Assembly (NCBI GenBank): GCA_951406725.2
Contig: OX597843.1
Span: 8,370,001-8,434,000, forward strand
Source: Octopus vulgaris
Taxonomy: Eukaryota
Reading direction: 5' to 3'
Length of the DNA stretch: 64,000 nt
The first letter of the stretch is position 1, and the number at the start of each line of letters is the position of its first letter. A program made the position numbers and the translations under genes. Below, piece by piece: positions 1-16,263 of the stretch. Below the pieces are notes generated by a model. That model saw only the letters and a program-made list of their open reading frames with translations. It did not search any database and had not been told where the DNA came from.

Positions 1-582
1 ACTGAACTTGTATACGAAATATGCATATAAATATATAATTGTGTGTGTGTTTGAATGTGAGGTGTTTTTATGTGTTTGCCTTAGGAATGCGTGTGTGACA
101 TTCACTGCAGGTAAGCTGCATTTTGTGCGCATGCGTGTATGTAACTAAAACAAAGAAACAGAATACACAGCACATGTGAATAGATACATACGAGAAGCAC
201 ATAGCCATATATATAAATGTATATATGTATATATATATTAAATATATATATATATGTATATATGTGTGTATGTATATATATATATATATATGCACACACA
301 CACATATATATACACATATATATATATATATATATACATGCATACATACATACAGGTATATATATATACAGAGCACGTGTGAGTAGATACGTACGTGAAA
401 TACAGAGCCATATATATATAAATGTATATATGTATATATATTAAATATATATACATATATATATAAATTAAATATATATATACATATATTACATACATAT
501 ATATATACACATACATACAGGTATATATATATATGTATATATGTGTGTATGTATATGTATATATATATATGCACACACATAT

Positions 583-620
<38 letters not shown>

Positions 621-636
621 GCATACATAATACAGG

Positions 637-688
<52 letters not shown>

Positions 689-1174
689 TGTATGTATGTA
701 TGTATGTATGTATGTATGTATGTATGTACGTATGTAAATTGCATGTACGTATACGCATGCGTGTGTAGCTGTGTGTATGAACTTTCTTGCAAAATCGTAA
801 TTTCGTATCGAGAGGAATAACAGCATATCTCTAGTATTTCGCATTTGGCTACTAGCCAAGTATGGTATTTGGCGATGGTAGCGGTGGTGGTGGTGGTGGT
901 AGTAGATATTGTTGTTGTTGATGTTGTTGTAGTGGTGGTGGTATTAGTGTTATTGATTCGTGTATTTAGACATTGTTGATCTTGTGTTTTTAATCATCAT
1001 ATTCATTATTTTCATCATTATTACTATCATTATTGTTAATATTATCATCATTATTATCATTATTATTGTTATTGTTGTTGTTGTTGTCATGATCTTCATC
1101 ATCATTATCATCATCTATATCACCACCACACTCGTTCATTGCCCCTCTGGCAGATAAAATGTCTTCATCATCCC

Positions 1175-1272
<98 letters not shown>

Positions 1273-1277
1273 TTTTT

Positions 1278-1350
<73 letters not shown>

Positions 1351-1486
1351 CATTGTTATTATCATTATTATTATTAGTAGTAGTAGTTGCCTCGTCATAA
1401 TAATCATCATTATCCCCCTTATGACCTGCCCCTGGTGGCAGATAAAAAGAAATTATTTCTATATCATCATCATCATTAATTTTATT

Positions 1487-1569
<83 letters not shown>

Positions 1570-1574
1570 CATCA

Positions 1575-1628
<54 letters not shown>

Positions 1629-1751
1629 CATTATTATTATTATTATTATTATCAATGATATAAGTAATTTCATATTTATTTTTAAATATTTCATATTTTT
1701 TCGCCGTATTTTTCGTAGATATTATCTCCACCTCTCCTCTCACCCCTCCCT

Positions 1752-1786
<35 letters not shown>

Positions 1787-1894
1787 CCTCTAACTCTCTT
1801 CCGAATTCTCCCTTCCGGATAATCAGATGTTTGCCAAATAGTCATGCGAGTTCGTAAAGGTTAAATGACTAATAACAACAACAGCAACAACAAC

Positions 1895-1958
<64 letters not shown>

Positions 1959-2134
1959 TATATATATATAATATATATATATATAATAATAATAATAATA
2001 ATAAAAATAATTTTCAAATATATATTATGAGTGTGCGTGTGCTTGTGTGTGTGTGTCTGTGTGTGTATATATGAATGTATGTATGTAATTTCATATATGC
2101 AAATGCTTATATGCGTATGTACACACACACACAC

Positions 2135-2176
<42 letters not shown>

Positions 2177-2217
2177 TATATAATATATATGTATATGTAT
2201 ATGTGTATGTATATGTT

Positions 2218-2255
<38 letters not shown>

Positions 2256-2479
2256 AGGAAGATGAAACTGCTACACAAGGAAATCGGCAGTGTTTCTACC
2301 GGATAGAGTATAACGGGGCCACTCCTGACTACCTTACAAAATACATCCCGGTGTTGGTAGCGTACTTACGTCTTCAGGGATATGTCAAAAGCTGAACATA
2401 GCTACATGCTGAAAAGCTTATAAAAATTTACGCACATGCGCATATAATACCTTTAACTCTTTTACTCATTTCAGCACCA

Positions 2480-2849
<370 letters not shown>

Positions 2850-2858
2850 TATATATAT

Positions 2859-3012
2859 AGGGGGAGTTTACGAAGATAAAAGCAAAAGACGAAGACAGGT
2901 GGTGTACAAAACAAACAGATGTATTAGTATAACGCTCAGGAATAGTAAAAGTCTTTTACGTTTCGAGCCTACGCTCTTCTACACAAAGGGACACAGAAAA
3001 AACAAGGAGAGA
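2859..3012 (-). mobile_element. Short TA-inserted element, family H1, with decayed hammerhead-like motif (2953-2988)
   Basis: Near-identical to copies at 34851-35037 and 51709-52087; core reads GUGUAGA (C3 mutated). Confidence 0.8.
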
Positions 3013-4228
3013 ATATATATATATGTATATAGATGAGTGTCGTTTTCCCCTGTTAACAATGAAAACGGAAATATAGATAAATAGTTACACGGGTAGCAAA
3101 AACTCACAGAAGTAAAGAGGTTGTAACTCCTTGTTTTTAAAGTTAGTAACTTCGCGTTTACGTGGAATTTTTTGTATAATGTATAAATAAATAACTATAT
3201 AAAAGGAGTTTAACACAGGTATAATTCATTTATATAATATATATATATATAGAAACGTAACGTATTTATTATAGAGACAAGTAGAAAGACAGAGGGACAG
3301 ACAAATATACAGGTAGATGCAGAGATAGATAGACAGATATGTAAATAGACAAAGAGACAGAGAGAGAGAGGGGGAGTGAGGGAGACAGGGAGACTAGGCG
3401 GTACATGACGGTACAAAGCGGTACATGGAGGTACACGGAGGTACACGGAGATACGTATTTATAAACACAGATTAATGTATACAAAATATATAAATACGTA
3501 GATAGATAAATGCGATATAAGGAAGTTCAAATTTATACGCTTATATATATATATATATATATATATATACGTGTGATTGTGTGTGTGTGAATGTGTATGC
3601 ATCAATGTGTATACATTTGTTAATGGAAGCTCGCGCACAGACACATGCGTGTATATATTTATATACACAAACACAAATATATAATAAACCTATTATTATA
3701 AATTGCCCGTTAAACACTTAAAATGTCTGTATAGGTTTTAACGTATCATTATCAAGAGCGGGAGAAAGCGCATCATTAAAAACCGCCACCACCGCCAGAA
3801 CCTTCAGCAACTCATCTTCTTATCCACCACCAACACTACCACCACCACCATTTACAACAACAACAACAACAACAACAACGATAATAAGATCTATGTAACG
3901 ACAGTGATAAGACAAGGACGGGAAGCGGAGAAAGCAAGGCGTGGACATTTTCGCTAAATGTCGGGGTTTCTTGGGCGTTCAGAAACAAGTCGTCAGACAA
4001 GCGATATCTCGACGACGCCATGTTTGTAACAAGCGCCGTAACATGCACTTTTACAACATGCACATGTGTAAGAGTGCATCTTTCACATGTGTGAAGTGCT
4101 GAACACGGTTGTCTAACACCTTGGTTTTACATTAAATCTCGCCTCGTTTCCCTTCATCATCCTTACGTATCTTTGTCCTGCTTGTGTGTATATGTATGTA
4201 TGTATATGTATATTTATATATGTATATG

Positions 4229-4265
<37 letters not shown>

Positions 4266-4530
4266 GCATACATACATATATATATATTGGATCATATATC
4301 TGCTCTCTCTCTCTCTATATATATATATATACATACATACATATATATATACATACACACGTTTATATATCTGTATGCGTGCGTGTGGACACCTATAAAC
4401 ATACATATACATATATATATATATATATATACCCCAAATACAAGTGTATATATATATACTTATACATTTATACGTATATATGTATATATATCTACGCACA
4501 CAATCTCATATGTGTGTGTGTGTGTATATG

Positions 4531-4563
<33 letters not shown>

Positions 4564-4971
4564 GTTTGTATGTATATATGTATGTATGTATGTATGTATG
4601 TTTGTTTGTATATATATGAGTGTGTGTGTATACGGTGGTAAATGAAGGAGGCATTTGTCGTTCATACATACACAAAAATACACATACATACATACACATA
4701 TCTACGGAATACACATATATAACACAAAAATATATGTAAATATAAAAAAAATGAGAGGAAGAACGAGAGAAACAGAGAAAACAAGAAATATAAAAGGGAA
4801 AGAGAGAGACAAAGGGATAAACGGAGACAGAGAGAGGGAGAGCGTGGAGGGGAGAGCGTGGAGAAAAGGGGGTGCAATGATGAAGAATTGAGGTGGAAGC
4901 TGTAAATAAAGGAATTAAGTTGCTAAGGAAATTAACATGGAATGATCCTATAACGACTATAGTACCGGTTT

Positions 4972-4987
4972 GTGACGTCACTTCCTG
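4972..4987 (-). promoter_or_regulatory. Overlapping ETS-CRE composite motif
   Basis: + strand GTGACGTCACTTCCTG = - strand CAGGAAGTGACGTCAC: full CRE palindrome overlapping a GGAAGT ETS core. Confidence 0.4.
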
Positions 4988-5479
4988 TTTCTCTCGTACC
5001 CCCTTCCGTCGTTCCTATACATGCCCCCAACACCGGGACCCAAGCCAGTCATTTCCGCCTAAACTCAAATAACACCCACCACCACCAACATAACCGCCAA
5101 TAACAATAACAATAATAACAACAACAACAACAACACTCCTTCCTGCCACCACCACCCCGCCACAGCCTCCCTAATAAGAGCAGCAGGAGTCATTCATTCC
5201 GTTCTGTCTATGACGAAACATGCTTTGATTTACACCAATAATCAAAAACCGCTCTACTGCCCTCACCATCCCGCTTGCCCGACCCTCCTCCTTCCCTTGG
5301 CCCCCTCGCCCCATCTGTTCTCTTCCACCTCTTCCTCCTGCCCCCTACACCTATTTCCCTCCCCTTCCCTTCCTCAATCCCTGTAATCAGTCTTAATGAA
5401 TAATTATGAGTAATATCATTTATGACTTCGTGGCATTTTTGTTTTAGTTTTTTTTTCCCTTTTTATAGGAATCAACGAA

Positions 5480-5889
5480 TACCTATTTCTTTATTACCCA
5501 GAAGGGGCTAAACATAGAAGGGACAAACATAGGTATTAAGTCGATTACATTGATTCCAGTGTGTAACTGGTGCTTAATTTATCGACCCCGAAAGGATGAA
5601 AGGCAAAATCGACCTCGGCTGAATTTGAACTCAGAACGTAACGACAGACGAAATACCTATTTCTTTACTACCCACAAGGGGCTAAACACAGAGGGGACAA
5701 ACAAGGACAGACAAAGGGATTAAGTCGATTACATCGTCCCCAGTGTGTAACTGGTACTTAATTTATCGACCCCGAAAGGATGAAAGGCAAAGTCGACCTC
5801 GGTGGAATTCGAACTCAGAACGCAACGGCAGACGAAATGCCGCTAAGCATTTCGCCCGGCGCGCTAACGCTTCTGCCAGCTCGCCGCCC
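5480..5889 (-). mobile_element. tRNA-derived SINE family S1 with tandemly repeated body
   Basis: Head GGCGGCGAGCTGGCAGAAGCGTTAG with B box GAGTTCGAATTCC; body repeated at about 5480-5650 and 5651-5830. Confidence 0.9.
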
Positions 5890-5994
5890 TAATACCAATA
5901 TGTGTATGTCAGTGTGTGTGAGTCTGTGTGTGTGTGTGTGTGCTTCCTTGTTTCTGTGAACCGTTACTTGTAAAGTTAGATACCACGATCCAAT

Positions 5995-6110
5995 ACAAAG
6001 ATCGAAGACATGTGTAGGAACAACAAGCAAGTGTATTAGTTTCACGCTCGGGAAAAATGAAAAAGCCTTTTACGTTTCAACAGAAAATAATCAGAGAGAG
6101 AATGAAAAAA
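5995..6110 (-). mobile_element. Old divergent H1-related copy lacking the ribozyme core
   Basis: Shares GAAGACA...TGTATTAGT...ACGCTC...CTTTTACGTTTC with H1, but the helix II/core segment is absent. Confidence 0.55.
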
Positions 6111-6166
6111 AACCTTGTACATTTCAGCGGTCCACTACGACACACACACACACACACACACACATA

Positions 6167-6199
<33 letters not shown>

Positions 6200-6392
6200 C
6201 CATGTAGTTATCGATAACCTAATGTAGTAAAGTGATCCCTGATGATGATCCGTTGTGTTTGAATATCCAAATGCATTTGGAAAAATAATGGTGAAATACG
6301 CGTCGGAACTATAAACTTGTGTTTATACTTATTTCTCAAACACACACACACACACACACACATGCACACACACATACACACAGATAGATAAT

Positions 6393-6448
<56 letters not shown>

Positions 6449-6536
6449 CAGAGATATACATATATATACACTTTTTGTGTATATTCCGTGTACTATTTAT
6501 AGTATCAAACACACACACACACATATATATATATAT

Positions 6537-6580
<44 letters not shown>

Positions 6581-6593
6581 GTATGTATGTATG

Positions 6594-6643
<50 letters not shown>

Positions 6644-6700
6644 TGCTATTTCTAAACTTCGGTATGTGCTAAAGCAAATCTTTGCTGAGCCCTAATTATA

Positions 6701-6749
<49 letters not shown>

Positions 6750-6822
6750 CCTGTTTGACTAATAAACTCTGCAACACAGCGCACCAGCATGGCCGCGGTC
6801 CTAAAACAAATCAAAGAATAAG

Positions 6823-6889
<67 letters not shown>

Positions 6890-7358
6890 CACATAAACGT
6901 GTGTTAGCGTGTATGTGTGTAAGTGTATGTGTGTATTCCCCAGAATCAATTCAGGACTTCGTAGTGCTAAGGCAGAATCAAAGAACGGCCGACATTCAGT
7001 CTGAGAGTCAAGGTGGAATGGTGAAATTAAGGCAAACACTGCCAGACATTGGTATTTAAGACAAAACAAACTTACAACATCTGCGCGGATCAATATATCG
7101 ATTTTCTTTAAAGATTGCCGGCTGTCTATATACTTTCTCTGGCATGCGTACTAGTCAGACGCGCCATGCGGTTATCGCTCTCACATATCCTATTGTCGAT
7201 ATCACATCATCGTGATGATATCTACAGATATATCCCGCTATTTCTTAACGTCTGGCAGGCGAACGCCGTTGTACTGTTATTTGTTTCTGCCTCACACCCA
7301 CTACCCCTGTTACAACAATAACTACTACTACTGCTACTACTACTACTACTACTACTAC

Positions 7359-7396
<38 letters not shown>

Positions 7397-7415
7397 GTAA
7401 TAATAGTAATAAGAA

Positions 7416-7446
<31 letters not shown>

Positions 7447-7550
7447 GAGAAGGAGAAGAAGAAGAAGAAGAAGAAGAAGAAGAAGAAGAAGAAGAAGAAG
7501 AAGAAGAAGAAGAAGAAGAAGAAGAAGAAGAAGAAGAAGAAGAATTAATA

Positions 7551-7621
<71 letters not shown>

Positions 7622-7682
7622 CTCTGATCACGAGCAGAAGTAGTGGGGTATCATCATAGCCATGTGTTGAATAGCCATGCCG

Positions 7683-7953
7683 AATTTTGAACTCAGAACG
7701 TAGCGGCAGACGAAATGCCTATTTCTTTACTACCCACAAGGAGCTAAATACAGAGGGAGACAAACAAGGACAGACAAACGGATTAAGTCGATTATATCGA
7801 CCCCAGTGCGTAACTGGTACTTATTTAATCGACCCCGAAAGGATGAAAGGCAAAGTCGACCTCAGCGGAATTTGAACTCTGAACGTAAAGGCAGACGAAA
7901 TGCCGCTAAGCATTTTGCCCAGCGTGCTAGCGATTCTGCCAGCACGCTGCCTT
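7683..7953 (-). mobile_element. SINE family S1 copy with partial second unit
   Basis: Same head, B box and CCTTGTGGGTAGTAAAGAAAT tail as 42161-42562. Confidence 0.9.
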
Positions 7954-8793
7954 TAATCAAACTACAATCATCATAGCCACCACAACTATCACCACCACCA
8001 CCACCACCACCACAACCAACACTGCCATCCACAGCGCCACCACAAACTACCGTCATCACAACCACCATCAGCGCCATCTACACCCGAAATTCAAGACACT
8101 ATGTACACTAACGTCATCTGATCCGACTCCCCCCCTTCATTCACTCCCTGTCTTTGACTCCCACTCTCTCTCTTTTTCTCTGTCTCCCTCCCTCCTCCCA
8201 TCACCCGACCTCCGCCCTTCCTCAGTTTGACTTTCCCTTACTAAACACCAGCCAAAAAAAGCAGAAAACACCGCTTTTGCTACACGGCAATACACCCCCA
8301 CACACCCACACCCACCACCCTCACACCATCCTCCACATACCCATCCTCTATTCCCGATTCCCCCATCTGTAACCCCCCCCACCTCATTCTCGCCCCCGAC
8401 ACAATGCTGTCAATTTCCTCACCGATCCGTCCACCAACCAACCACTCAGCACCGCACGGACCCCCAACCTCAATCACACCACACCACACCCACCCATCCC
8501 ATTCTTCCCCCCTCCCTCCCAAAAAAGAACACCACATCACCCACCCCGTTCATCCTCCACCACGCCCTCTCCTCCATCCTGCCCCCACACTTCCACCGTT
8601 TCCATCCATAGCACGCACACTCACTCCTCCACTTCCCCCCTCCATCGCGCACCTCCCCCGCACAACATACAACACACCCACCTTCTCTGCATCTACTGCA
8701 CCTCACCCATCGTCACACCTCTCTCCCTCACACGCCTCCACTATTTCCCCCTACATCAACCCAATGACGCACACACACACATATATGTATATC

Positions 8794-8839
<46 letters not shown>

Positions 8840-9231
8840 TTTCGGTGACAACCTTACATGCACACCTCTTCCCCTTTTATACACCCCGCTTAACACAATC
8901 CCAAACGTAACCCCTTCACTTCACATACATCCATAGAACAAAACAAACATACATACATACATATATGGACACAAGCACATATACATACATACACACGTTT
9001 ACGAAGGGGAAACCCTGAATAAAATCCCCGCCTGATTCACCTTTCCTCTGATATTAAGGGCCCCCACCCTAACCGTAACCCCACTCCTCCTCCGTTTCGA
9101 TCCCCGACCCAACCAGCCCGCTTCACACCACCTTAACCATCGCGTCGTCGTTAAAGATCGCCCTATAGAGCGCGTGTATACTAACTGATACGCAGTACTC
9201 CAAATTTCACGAGTTCCCATAATCATTCACG

Positions 9232-9272
<41 letters not shown>

Positions 9273-9304
9273 GCATACATGCATATACACATATATATAT
9301 ATAG

Positions 9305-9335
<31 letters not shown>

Positions 9336-10312
9336 CATGCAAACAAATATACATACATATACATATATACAAACATACACACTTTTACCACATTCACATA
9401 CACATATTGAGATATATACGCACACATGTATATCCGGACATATACACACAGACATATAGACGAATATATATATATATGTATGTATATATATACACGCACA
9501 CAGGCTGTGATGCACATGTATGCATACACGCACATTGCATATATACACACGCAGACATACACATAGGCATATACCTGCATGTAGTTACACATGCATACAC
9601 GAACACACACACGCATGTATATAAAGACACATACACGCATACATATAAAGACACAGACACATACACGCATACAGTGACACGTATAGGTGCCTACACACAT
9701 GTATATATGCATACATAGACACACACTCACACATACAGACATACACATACATACATACAGTGACGTACAGACTCTCACACACACACACAAACACACACAC
9801 ACACACACACACGTACACACGTACATGAACACACGAAATTTCTCATCGCCCTCTTTCATCTCCCCCACTCTGAACCCGGGAAAATGTTTCTTAAAAATAA
9901 TAAAGAAGAAAAACACACACCACCACCTCCAATACTCCGCTCGTCTCCACTCCACCCCTACAGAGCGAACAACCTAAGCTAGAAAACCCTAAACGGTAAA
10001 ACCCTAACAAACATACACACATACACACACACATACACACACACACACACACTCTCTCTCTCTCTCTTTCTTTCTGACACACATTTACACACACTGATGG
10101 AGAAAGAAAAAAAAAGATCTTTTTTTTAAAAATTGTAATTTGAAACACAAATTAAAAAGGGGATAAAAACGACCTAATGTAAAGCAAAAAGGGGAAAAAC
10201 TGATTTCCCACCAACCCGCCCCCACCATCACCTCCAAACCCCATGTAATTCATCTCTCAAATCACCTCGCATCATCATCGTACACCTCCTTGCCACCCCT
10301 GTAATTAGGGCC

Positions 10313-10368
<56 letters not shown>

Positions 10369-10464
10369 AGATTACAATTTTTTTTCAGATATCTCCCTCC
10401 TCTTTTTCCACACATCATTGTTACCGGTTCATATCATGTGTGTGTTGTTGCAATTGTTGTTATT

Positions 10465-10541
<77 letters not shown>

Positions 10542-10556
10542 TATTATTATTATTAC

Positions 10557-10601
<45 letters not shown>

Positions 10602-10658
10602 TCATATTCTTATTCTTCTTATTATTATTATTACTATTATTATTATTATTATTATTAC

Positions 10659-10700
<42 letters not shown>

Positions 10701-10717
10701 CATTATCATCATCATTA

Positions 10718-10757
<40 letters not shown>

Positions 10758-10768
10758 CATCATTATCA

Positions 10769-10815
<47 letters not shown>

Positions 10816-11141
10816 GTTATCATTATTGCTATTATCATTCTCGATGGTGATGTTTGTTATGTGACTGTCTATTTCTTGGTGGTGTTTGCTTGTGTGTATG
10901 TAGGGGAGAGAAGAAGGTTTAGCGTGTGTTTGTGTGCGGAGTTTCTGAATGAGTGTTTGTGTAAATACATTCGTGTTATGAGTACTAAGCGGTGGTGCAG
11001 TCATTTAGGCGTGTCATAGTATTTCGTGTATTTTTTTTCCATCTTGCGCACGCTCAGTTGCTATTCATGTGTCACACATAAATCCTAAGTTTCATTGTAT
11101 TCACTATGTAATAATAATACTAATACTGCTAATAATGATAA

Positions 11142-11345
11142 TCCTTTCTACTATAGGCACAAGGCCTGAAATTTAGGGGAGGGGTTAGTCCAATACAGCG
11201 ACCCCAGTACCTAAATAGTACTTAATTTATCGACTCCGAAAGGATGGAAGGCAAAGTCGACCTTGGCAGAATTTGAACTCGCAACCTATTTCTTTACTAC
11301 CCACAAGGGGCTAAACACAGAGAGGACAAACAAGGACAGACAAAC
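11142..11345 (-). mobile_element. SINE S1 fragments carrying both tail types
   Basis: CCTTTCTACTATAGGCACAAGGCCTGAAAT tail, GAAAGGATGGAAGGCAAAGTCGACC body, then the second tail type ACCCACAAGGGGCTAAAC. Confidence 0.85.
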
Positions 11346-11514
11346 TTCATAAGGATATTTACACTCTCTAAGAATATATGGAAAACCTATATGTGATTTA
11401 GCTGATGAATACTTGACGTTATATTTGGTGTAATATTTGCAGCTTTAATAAAATGTTTATAGTATGAAAAAATTGTACTAAACTACCGATCCATTCTTGT
11501 TGCTTTTTTCTTGG

Positions 11515-11575
<61 letters not shown>

Positions 11576-11595
11576 CACATACATACATATATGTA

Positions 11596-11639
<44 letters not shown>

Positions 11640-11694
11640 AACACACACGCACACACACCCATACACAGGCATACACGCTTCTTTCCAGTACGCA

Positions 11695-12080
11695 ATTCCT
11701 TTTACTGGTTTTTGTTTACGGACTGCGGCCATGCTGGAACCCAACTTTGAGAGATAGTTCAAATCGACCCGGGACTGTTGTGTTCAATCTATCGATATCC
11801 GTTTTCTGTGGCCTAAGACCTACAAGACTAATTCAAAAACACTTCTCCTACCTTTCTGTGTGTGTGTGTGTGTGTGTGTGCGTGTGTGTGTGTGCGTGTG
11901 TGTGTGTTTCCACCGCTTGATAACCGGAGTTAGTGTGTTGACATCCCTGTAAAGACGGCTGATAGAATAAGTACTAAGCTTTAAGTAAATAAGTACTTGG
12001 GTCGATACATTCGATTTAAGATTCTTCGAGGCGTTGCTCCAGCCTGGCCGCTGGCTAACGACTAAATCAAGTACAAGTTA
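11695..12080. mobile_element. Two degenerate 3' halves of SINE family S2 in opposite orientations
   Basis: GACTGCGGCCATGCTGGA (-) near 11721 and GCTCCAGCCTGGCCGC (+) near 12036 match the S2 3' end. Confidence 0.65.
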
Positions 12081-12116
12081 AAAGACCTGGTTATATAGTA
12101 ACTATATAAAGACACA

Positions 12117-12192
<76 letters not shown>

Positions 12193-12515
12193 AACACACA
12201 CACACAAACACACACACACACACAAACACATACACACACACACACACACACATGCATCTATGTATGTGTATATCGAATTCTAGATATATGTCAAACATCA
12301 ATCTGAACCAGAACATTTCAAGATGGCGTCGTTGTTACAGTTTATTTTTCACATTTTTGTTGTTGTTATTATTGCCTTGTTGTTGTATAGATCCGTTTTG
12401 GTATCTTCCATCTTGTATACGTGTATGGGTGTGTGTGTGTGTGTAATGCAATGCATTCGTATGCGTCTGTGTATGTATATGTATATATATATATGTATGT
12501 ATATATATATGTATG

Positions 12516-12573
<58 letters not shown>

Positions 12574-12665
12574 TATATGTACGTGTGTGTATGTGTGTAA
12601 ATATGTACTGTATTAAGCTATGAGGTGTTTATACGAACGTGTATGCATATATATGCACACACCTG

Positions 12666-12714
<49 letters not shown>

Positions 12715-12945
12715 GTGTGTATATTTCCTTGTTCCTGTTTATTTCTTTTCAAGTCAAATACAGTCATACGTGCGTATTTGCGTGTGTATGTATACGTGTG
12801 CGTATATATAAATATATTCATACATGCAGCGTATGTGTGTGTGTGTGTGTGTGTGTGTGTACGTGAGCGTGTGTTTTTAATTAATTTTCCCCTTTCAATT
12901 TATCTTTATTCATCGCCATTATTATCACTATCCTCGTCATTATCC

Positions 12946-13054
<109 letters not shown>

Positions 13055-13095
13055 CATTATTAATATTATTATTTTCCTCGTAATTATTATTATTA

Positions 13096-13150
<55 letters not shown>

Positions 13151-13316
13151 CATCATTATTATTATTATTATTATTATTTTTATTTTTATTTTCATTTCTA
13201 TTATAATTATGCCATTTTTTAAATTTTTTATTATCATTATTGTGTTTTGGTTTCCTATGTTTGTTGTTGTTACTGTTGCTCTGATTTTGGAGTTAGGAGA
13301 TTGTAATAAAAGCGCC

Positions 13317-13370
<54 letters not shown>

Positions 13371-13410
13371 TATTATTGTTATTATTATTATTATTATACT
13401 ATTATTATTA

Positions 13411-13462
<52 letters not shown>

Positions 13463-13872
13463 TAATATTATTATTATTATTATTATTATTGATGTTCTCG
13501 GGGTTGTTTTCCTTTTTGTTCTCGTTGTTGTTGTTCTGGTTATTCAAAAAACCTTTGTGATTTTTTTATATTTTAATTTTTAGCTGATGTTTATTATTTG
13601 TTTTTTGTTGTTTTTTTTTGTTGTATTTGCATTGTTTTTCTTTCTTTTTTAGTCTCCAATTTTATTTATTTTTTTTTTGTATGATTTATTTGTTTGTTTT
13701 CGGTTTCTTCTTTTCCTTTGTAAAAATTTATACGGAAAAGAAATTAATACTACGAAAGTCTGTGTGTGCGCATGCGCGCGAATGAGTGCGTGTGTCAGTA
13801 CAAGTGAGTATGTGCATGTACTGTTGTGTGTATGGATGTTTATGTGTGCGTTTATGTTTGTGTGTATATATG

Positions 13873-13907
<35 letters not shown>

Positions 13908-13958
13908 ATATATATACATACATATACATATATGTACATAAATATATATATATATAGG

Positions 13959-14020
<62 letters not shown>

Positions 14021-15088
14021 TATATGCATGTCTATATGAATCTGTCTTTATTTGTTCCAATTAAGTCTATATGTGTATAAAAGTGGTTATTTACACATCC
14101 ACTTATGTATTTTGCATGTCTCTCTCTCTATATATATATGCATAAAGTGTATATATATATATATATATATATGGGTGTGTGTGTGTGTGTGCTTGTGTTT
14201 TCATTATTGTCAGACATTAATGTTTTAAATAAAACAAAAGAATCAGGGAAACATTTTGTTTTAGGAAACTGTACCAAATCCTGTTTTCTGCTTATATATA
14301 TGTGTGTGTATTTGTGTATGTGTGTGTGTGGATGTATATATACGTACATGTATATATATATATATATATATAAACGCATATATGTGCATGTATGATATAT
14401 ATATACGAATATACACACACATATATATATATACATAAATAAATAATTGAGTAGTTGAATGAATAATCGTATTATGGATAATTCGGTTAACCGATACCTG
14501 GGTAGCAAATTCACGTCAGAAAAACACGGTTGAAGCTACATGCCTAGGGCAGAGATCACGTGCTATCGTGTGGAAATTTGTGTGTTTTTTTAAATACAAA
14601 TAAATATATATATATATATATATATATACGTATCTATAAATATATATAAAAACGATAACCACTGGACCATTGCGCCTCCACATGTATATATATATATAGA
14701 CACACACACACATACACACACACGTACACACACACACATGCACACAAGCGGGTGATTGTGCAAATGAAAGAATGATCCATTCATCTCGTTTATTATTATT
14801 TCAAGCAGTTTGATTCGGTTCCATACAACTTAAAGTTTCGCGGGTTTCCTTCAGAAACCTACCTCGTCGCGTTCTCAAGTCACAGATTTTTTTTGCACAT
14901 GCCAGCAATTTTTGGGTGGGGAGAGAGAGAAGAATGTCCCTTACATCGACCGCAGTGGTCAACCGGTACTCATTCGATCGTACTCTAAAAAAAATGAAGA
15001 GGAAGCCCAGGCCTCATCGGAATCTTAATTCTAGTGATAACTTAAATTAATAATAATGATAATAATAATAATAATGATGATGATGATG

Positions 15089-15174
<86 letters not shown>

Positions 15175-15267
15175 TAGTTCTTTTTATTGGCCACAAGGGC
15201 TGACACACTGATGATGATGATGATGAAGATGAAGATGAGGATGAGGATGATGATGATGATGAGGATG

Positions 15268-15323
<56 letters not shown>

Positions 15324-16059
15324 GATGATGATGATGAGGATGAGGATGGGGATGATGATAATTTCACATTTTTGCCAGAAGGGCAATTTGGGCAAGGGGA
15401 TTAATTCGATTATATCTACACCAGAGTGTAAGTAGTTATATGTAAACTCCCACATTTAATGTCTGTGTTTGTATTGTCCCCCATCATCAATCCCCCCTGA
15501 TGGCAAATAAAATGAAATTATCGCCATTATTATTGTTGTTGTTGTTGTTGCTGTTGTTATTATCATTATTATTATTATGTTGTTGTTCTTATAAACTGTA
15601 ATTGTGAACAAAGATTTGATCAATCATAAGGCAAATCGCTTTAAATCACAATGGATAAAGCTCAGAGATTCATAAACAAAGTTCCATCGAGTGATGATGA
15701 TGATGATGACGACGATGACGATGGCGATGGCGATGGTGATGGTGATGGTGATTATGATGATAAGGAAGAGGAGGAGGAGGAGGAGGAGGAGGAGGGGAAC
15801 TACGACTATGGCGCTGACGATAATGTTCATGATGACGACGAAGACGAAAACGATTATGACGATGATGGCGACGATGATGAAGTCAACAGAGGTGTTGGTG
15901 GTGTTGGTGGTGGTGGTCATGGTTGTGTTGGTCGTCTTCGTATATATCTACAGTATGATGTTATTTGAGAAAGATTTCGCTGCCATTTCTAAGAGATGCA
16001 TAAACCACATTTATGAAGCTCCCTCTTTGCGCCAGGTAGCAGCAGCAGCAGCAGCAGTG

Positions 16060-16090
<31 letters not shown>

Positions 16091-16188
16091 AAATTTTAGT
16101 AGTAGTAGAAGTAGAACAAAAAGAAGAAGAAGAAGAAGTAGTAGTATTAGTAGTAGTAGTAGTAGCAGCAGCAGCAGCAGCAGCAGCC

Positions 16189-16263
<75 letters not shown>

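Noticed and set aside
2345-2382. Hammerhead on the - strand (CUGAAGA-CGUA-AG-UACG)
   Set aside because: The required GAAA and NUH site are missing.
3836-4063. ORF containing MASSRYRLSDDLFLNAQETPTF
   Set aside because: No recognisable homology, runs into triplet repeats, and its ATG context is the YY1-type motif seen throughout.
7030-7045. miR-34 (- strand TGGCAGTGT)
   Set aside because: Only 9 nt match and no hairpin; I recognised no conserved miRNA mature sequence in the window.
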